Shown here piece after piece: positions 59,177-64,000 of a DNA stretch of 64,000 nt. This stretch comes from the human T2T-CHM13v2.0 reference genome, Homo sapiens, in assembly GCF_009914755.1 (NCBI RefSeq), contig NC_060926.1; one strand, given 5' to 3'. Below the pieces are notes generated by a model. It had not been told where the DNA came from, did no database searches, and saw nothing but the letters and a program-made list of their open reading frames with translations. Both the position numbers and the translations under genes were made by a program. Numbering within the stretch: the first letter of the stretch is position 1; each line of letters starts with the position of its first letter.

Positions 59177-60852
59177 AAGATGAAGGAGAAAATGAGAGGA
59201 AAACAGAGCACAAAATTAATCCTTCTGATGGATATATAGCTGAGGAGAGTAGGCATAGACAGAAAGGAGCAAAATAATGTGAGAATTGACAATGGGAAGC
59301 AGACAACTTTTCAGAGAGGTAGAGAAACAAAATTGAGTGCCGCCATTGTATTTAAATGAGCAGTGCATTTGAAGCACCAAATGCTGGTCTGCAGGGTCTA
59401 CAGGAACAGATATAATATACAGATTTAGAAGAAGCTGGAGAAAATATTTTCAGATCTCACATGATGTCACAGGTTACTTTGAGAACCCAGTTTTTTGGTA
59501 GTTTCATATGTGTAAGATTTGCCTTTCCAACAAATTGAAAGCACCTGCCGTAAGGGCACATACCACATTTTGATTTTATTTAAATCCTTTACAACTACTA
59601 ACATACAGATGTTGTCAAACAGTGTTTGTTTCTTGAAGACAGGCTGACTCACCTTCACCATTAGTCACCTCACTTTATTGTCTTTTATATCGCCTGACTT
59701 TTCTTCCTTCATGAATTTATGTTTTTTTAATTGCCAGGATGACTGTATATGCTAAAATTCTATTTAGTTTCTTTATCCTTTACTTTCTTTTTATCCCCAC
59801 CTTTGGAAATCTAAATCCTTATGAAGATTAGTGATGAGAGTGGGTTCTTTCGGCTCACTAAAGCTGGATCTACACAAAACAAGTTAGATAAGGAGATGAG
59901 TTGGAGTCTCTAGCATATACAGAATAGATTTTAAAAACATTTTTTAGCAGTTTGAAGCTGACTTTATTTACTAAGACGTCAAACATTGACAAGTAAGGCA
60001 GGATATTATAATGTCCTTGCATTTAAATAACAGTGTAAATTGACTAAGAAACACCTAGAAGGGACATGCCTCATCAATGGTCACGTAAGTCACTCTTATG
60101 TACATTCCTCCAGTCCCGTTCCTGGTCATCCTATCATTTAGCGCTCACTCATGCTTATAATTATATAACTCTTATTTCATATGCCTCAATTATAATATTT
60201 GAACTCTGCCTTTTTCCTGAGAATCTTCTCCTTGGTACTGGGATTCAATAAACCACACACATTTCTCTGTTTTCTTTGTTTTGTTCCTGTCTTGATACCT
60301 TGCGGATTGTTTCTGAGTCAGCAAAAATGATCCAAAGCAAGAATTGGGAATTTATAATCCTTCCAAAATTCTTCTTCACTCTGCTATTGATGTCAGAAAT
60401 TTTAATTTTCAGGAATGTGCTGTCCACTCTGTTTATTCAGATTAATCCACATTTTAGGCCAGGCGTTGGCTTATTGGTTTGAAATTCTTTCAAATGCTTA
60501 TCCGTTACTATATCTCCTATGCCATTATATCAGGTCAATCTGGTTCCTGACACATTAACCCTTTTCAGGCTGCTATATTCTGCAAGTCGTCAGTTAATAT
60601 TTGTTTGAGATGACTTGAATATGTTACCTAATCATTCGTTCATTCACCATATGTTGACAAAACATTTATTCTAGACTACAAGGATTCTGAAAATGAAAAC
60701 GTGAAAAAAGTGAAAACACTGTAATAAAAAACGTTCATAGAGAAAGTAATAACTGAGCTGAATCTTGAAACAGGGTCCAGCACTTTTCAAGTAGTAAGTG
60801 CACAGAGAAAACATTGAAAAATATAAACTATGATTTTTTTCCTTGATGTAGA

Positions 60853-61278
60853 CGTATTAGGTGTTCTTGTGTTGGTGCAAAGAAATACTGAAAATGAGTA
60901 CTTTTAAAGAAAAGAGGTTAATTAGCTCATGGCTCTGCAGACTATATAGGAAGCATGGTGCCAGGCATCTGCTTGGCTTCTGATGAGGTCTCTGGAAGTT
61001 TTCAATCATGGTAAAAGGCAAAGTGGAAGCCAGCATCTCACATGGCAGGAGCAAGAGAAAGAGAGATTGTGGATGGAGGAGGTACCACACTTCACAACAA
61101 CCAGACCTCATGATAAGTCACTCACTGTCATGAGGAAAGAACCAAGAGGATGGTACTAAACCATTCATGAGAAATCCATCCCCATAATCCGATCACCTCC
61201 TATCAGGCCTCAATGCCAATACTAGGGATTACAATTCAACATGATATTTGACCAGGGACAAAAATCCAAACTGTATCA
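60853..61278 (-). mobile_element. MSTA solo LTR
   Basis: 426 bp; aagaaaagaggttaattagctcatggctctgcag...ccattcatgagaaatcc...atccaaactgtatca; 5-bp TSD gtaga/gtagg. Confidence 0.88.
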
Positions 61279-61594
61279 GTAGGATTAGGCAAAGTTTTGT
61301 GTTTTTTATAATAAATATGTAATTTCCAATTTGTTTTATAAAGTATCATAATTTTATAAGCACAGAATAAATAATATTAGAAGAAAATGAAGTCAAAAGA
61401 AAAAATAAATAGTTTTTAAAAAGAACAGCTCGGGATCAGGAAGGGGTAGATGAAGATGGAAGAGTAGGTCTCTGTAGCAGTTCTACTCTTCAGAAGCATC
61501 GATTTGAACAATTATATAGTTTTTTACTTTACATAAAACACAGAAAGAAGTTTTGATGAATAATGATTAATATATTACAAAATATTAACTAATA

Positions 61595-61750
61595 AAATAC
61601 CCACACTATGATAGGGGCATGTAAAATGAATCAGGAGCCAGCTAAAAGAGTTCCCCCTAGCCAAAGCTGGAACAATTTTAACATCAAAATATAACAGGTA
61701 GTATTGGATTATAATGTGATGTGTAAAATAAATATGAATCAATTCTGATT
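61595..61750 (+). mobile_element. L1MC3-like 3'UTR fragment
   Basis: caggagccagctaaaagagttccc...gccaaagctggaacaattt...gtagtattggattataa. Confidence 0.55.
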
Positions 61751-61799
61751 ATGTGTGTGGACACACACACACACACACACACTCTTGGCTTCTCTCCAT

Positions 61800-63930
61800 A
61801 GACCTCAGTGGTTCATGAGAACAGTTAGCAGAAAGGATAAGACAGGAAAATATGTCAATCATCATGAAGGCATAGGGGAAAATTTGAGACAACTGGGAAA
61901 TTATACAGGCACTGCATGGATACTGCCTTCCTATTTTCCATATAGAATATAATGCTTAAGATGCTAAAAGAAGAGAAGCAGGCCTCATCACTCTAATAGT
62001 AAATGTGAAGACTCATCCTTGGTGATGCGCAGGAAACTCCTGGGCCCAGGCCATTAGAGATCCACTACTAGTTGGGGAGGGGCAGCACCACCATGATCTA
62101 GGAACGCAGCAGCTGACTAAGACAGGGACAGCACCAGAACAATAGAGAATGCTACACTACATCCACCTGGCTTGCAAGTGTTTGAGTAACATGTAACAGC
62201 AGGGTTACTGAGGACATGAGCATGGGACACGAGCATGAGAAGAGGGCATCTCTGAGCTTAAGGTACTAAGAGAATTTCTAAAGTTGAGGGTAGAACAGAC
62301 ATTGAAGGAAACCCTCTGACAAACTGTTTGGTCCTCATCTTAAACAGAATTTAACACTAGAGGACTTTGAAGTCTACATTGCACTGAAGCTAACAACAGT
62401 GAAAAAAAAAGTCTAAACCCAGCACAGTATCTGACTTGATGGACTAAACCCTACCGTCGATAAAAACCTAGCCAAAAAAAAATGTCCATTTTGAGTCATG
62501 AATGTTTTTCTGTTGCCCTCACACAAGATGCCTGGGATTAAATCAAAACTTAAAACATGCAGAAGGAAATAAGAAATAAAACAACATACTGCAAATGAGA
62601 AGCAAATCATCCAAACCAGATTTGTGGTTCAGATGTTGGAGCATCTGGATGGAAATTTAAGATAACTATGATTAATATGTTAAAGTTTCTATTGAAAAAG
62701 CTAAACATCACACATAAAAAAAACTGGGGATTCCAGCCAGGAAGTTCAAAGAGAAGAGAGAGAAAATGTATCGAAATAAATATTTCAAGAGATGATGGCT
62801 GAAATTTTCCAAATTTGATGAAACATACTCAGACCACTTAGGCTGTTATAACAAAACAATATAAACTTTGTAGTTTATAAACAGCATAAATTTATTTTGC
62901 ATGGCTTTGGAGGCTCTGGAGTTCAAGATCATATTGCTGGCAGACTCAGTATGTGGTGAGGGTCTCTTTCCTGGTTCACAGATTACACCTTATCAGTGTG
63001 TCCTCATATAGTTGAAGGGGTGGGCAAACTCCCATCGGGCTCTTTTACAAGGACACTAACTCCATTCATGGGCAGAGGCCTCACAACCTGATCACCTCCT
63101 AAAGGCTCAACCTACTAACACCATCACCTTGTGGGGAAGGGTGTTAACATACAAATTTTGGGGGACAAACGTTCAGACCACAGCAGCCACCAAATCACAG
63201 ACCTATGAAGCTGTGGGACTACCAAGCATGATAAACAACAAATACATAAGGCCATAAATTTCAAATTAGTAAATAAACAGAAAAAGAAAGAACCAAGATA
63301 TATCACATACAGATTGCTGAAGACACAACATAAAAAGATCTTGAAGTCAGCCAGTAAATAAAATACATATTCCAAACAGAGAAACAAATAATATTAGAGT
63401 TCTCATCAGAAGTTATGCAAGCCAAAGGCATTGGTATAATGCCTTTAAGTGCTGAAAGATGAAAATCTGTTGGCCTAGAATTCTATATCCAGTGTAAATG
63501 CCTTTCAAAAAAATTTTTAAAAAGTATTTTTTCAGACAAACTAAAAAAGAATTCTTTGATCATACATTTTCACTATAAATAATATTAAAGAAAAATTTCA
63601 AAGTATCAGACTGCAACTTGGAACTGCAGACATATACATACATACACACATACATATAAATGAAGTGTTAGAAATTACATAAATGATGGTAAATATAAAA
63701 TTCAGTTATGTTCAGTAGCTGAAAAAATTATATCTAATCAAAAATAATAGTAACTATATATTTATGGCATATGTAAAAGTAAAAAGTGTGATAATAATTG
63801 CACAAAAATGAGAGGAATTGGTAGTCTAGCTCTGTGAGATCCTCACATTACACTTAAAGTTGTATATTATTTTAAGGTAGACTATAGCTAATTAAACACA
63901 TATAAACTAAGCCCTAGTCAACCAATACAG
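61800..63930 (+). mobile_element. Old L1M 5'/ORF1 region interrupted by MLT1A
   Basis: gagatgatggctgaaattttccaaatttgatgaaa; aaagatcttgaagtcagccag; tctcatcagaagttatgcaagcca; ctagaattctatatccag. Confidence 0.65.
62825..63185 (-). mobile_element. MLT1A0-like LTR
   Basis: ggctgttataacaaaac...ggaggct...gttcaagatca...tgtggtgagggtc...aattttgggggacaaacgttcagaccacagca. Confidence 0.8.
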
Positions 63931-64000
63931 AGGAGTTAAAGGAGGTGAGATATATGTCACACTGCCTCCTCCTGCTGTGTGTGCAGAGAGAGCTATCGTC

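Overview
AT-rich, repeat-dense primate genomic DNA (catarrhine, probably hominoid given AluY/AluYd-type and LTR12 elements), either intergenic or deep intronic. No intact protein-coding gene, tRNA/rRNA or CRISPR array is supported. The ORF track consists of chance ORFs, low-complexity ORFs, or Alu/L1/LTR-derived ORFs. The window holds a near full-length, decayed L1PA8-like LINE on the minus strand (~39.0-45.6 kb) nested in an ERV1 solo LTR, several Alus, many MaLR/ERVL/ERV1 LTRs, an ERVL protease fossil, old L1M/L2/MIR fragments and hAT-type DNA transposon relics. Repeat names are from recalled consensus sequences, not a database search. I do not see a convincing new biological system. The most unusual signals are a series of local template-switch-like scars: inverted duplications at 15.4, 26.3 and 27.3/29.8 kb, a direct duplication carrying a perfected palindrome at 46.7/47.5 kb, and a snap-back array at 47.7 kb. 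There is also a CpG-rich L1PB-LTR12-AluYd chimera without target-site duplications at 4.1-5.8 kb.
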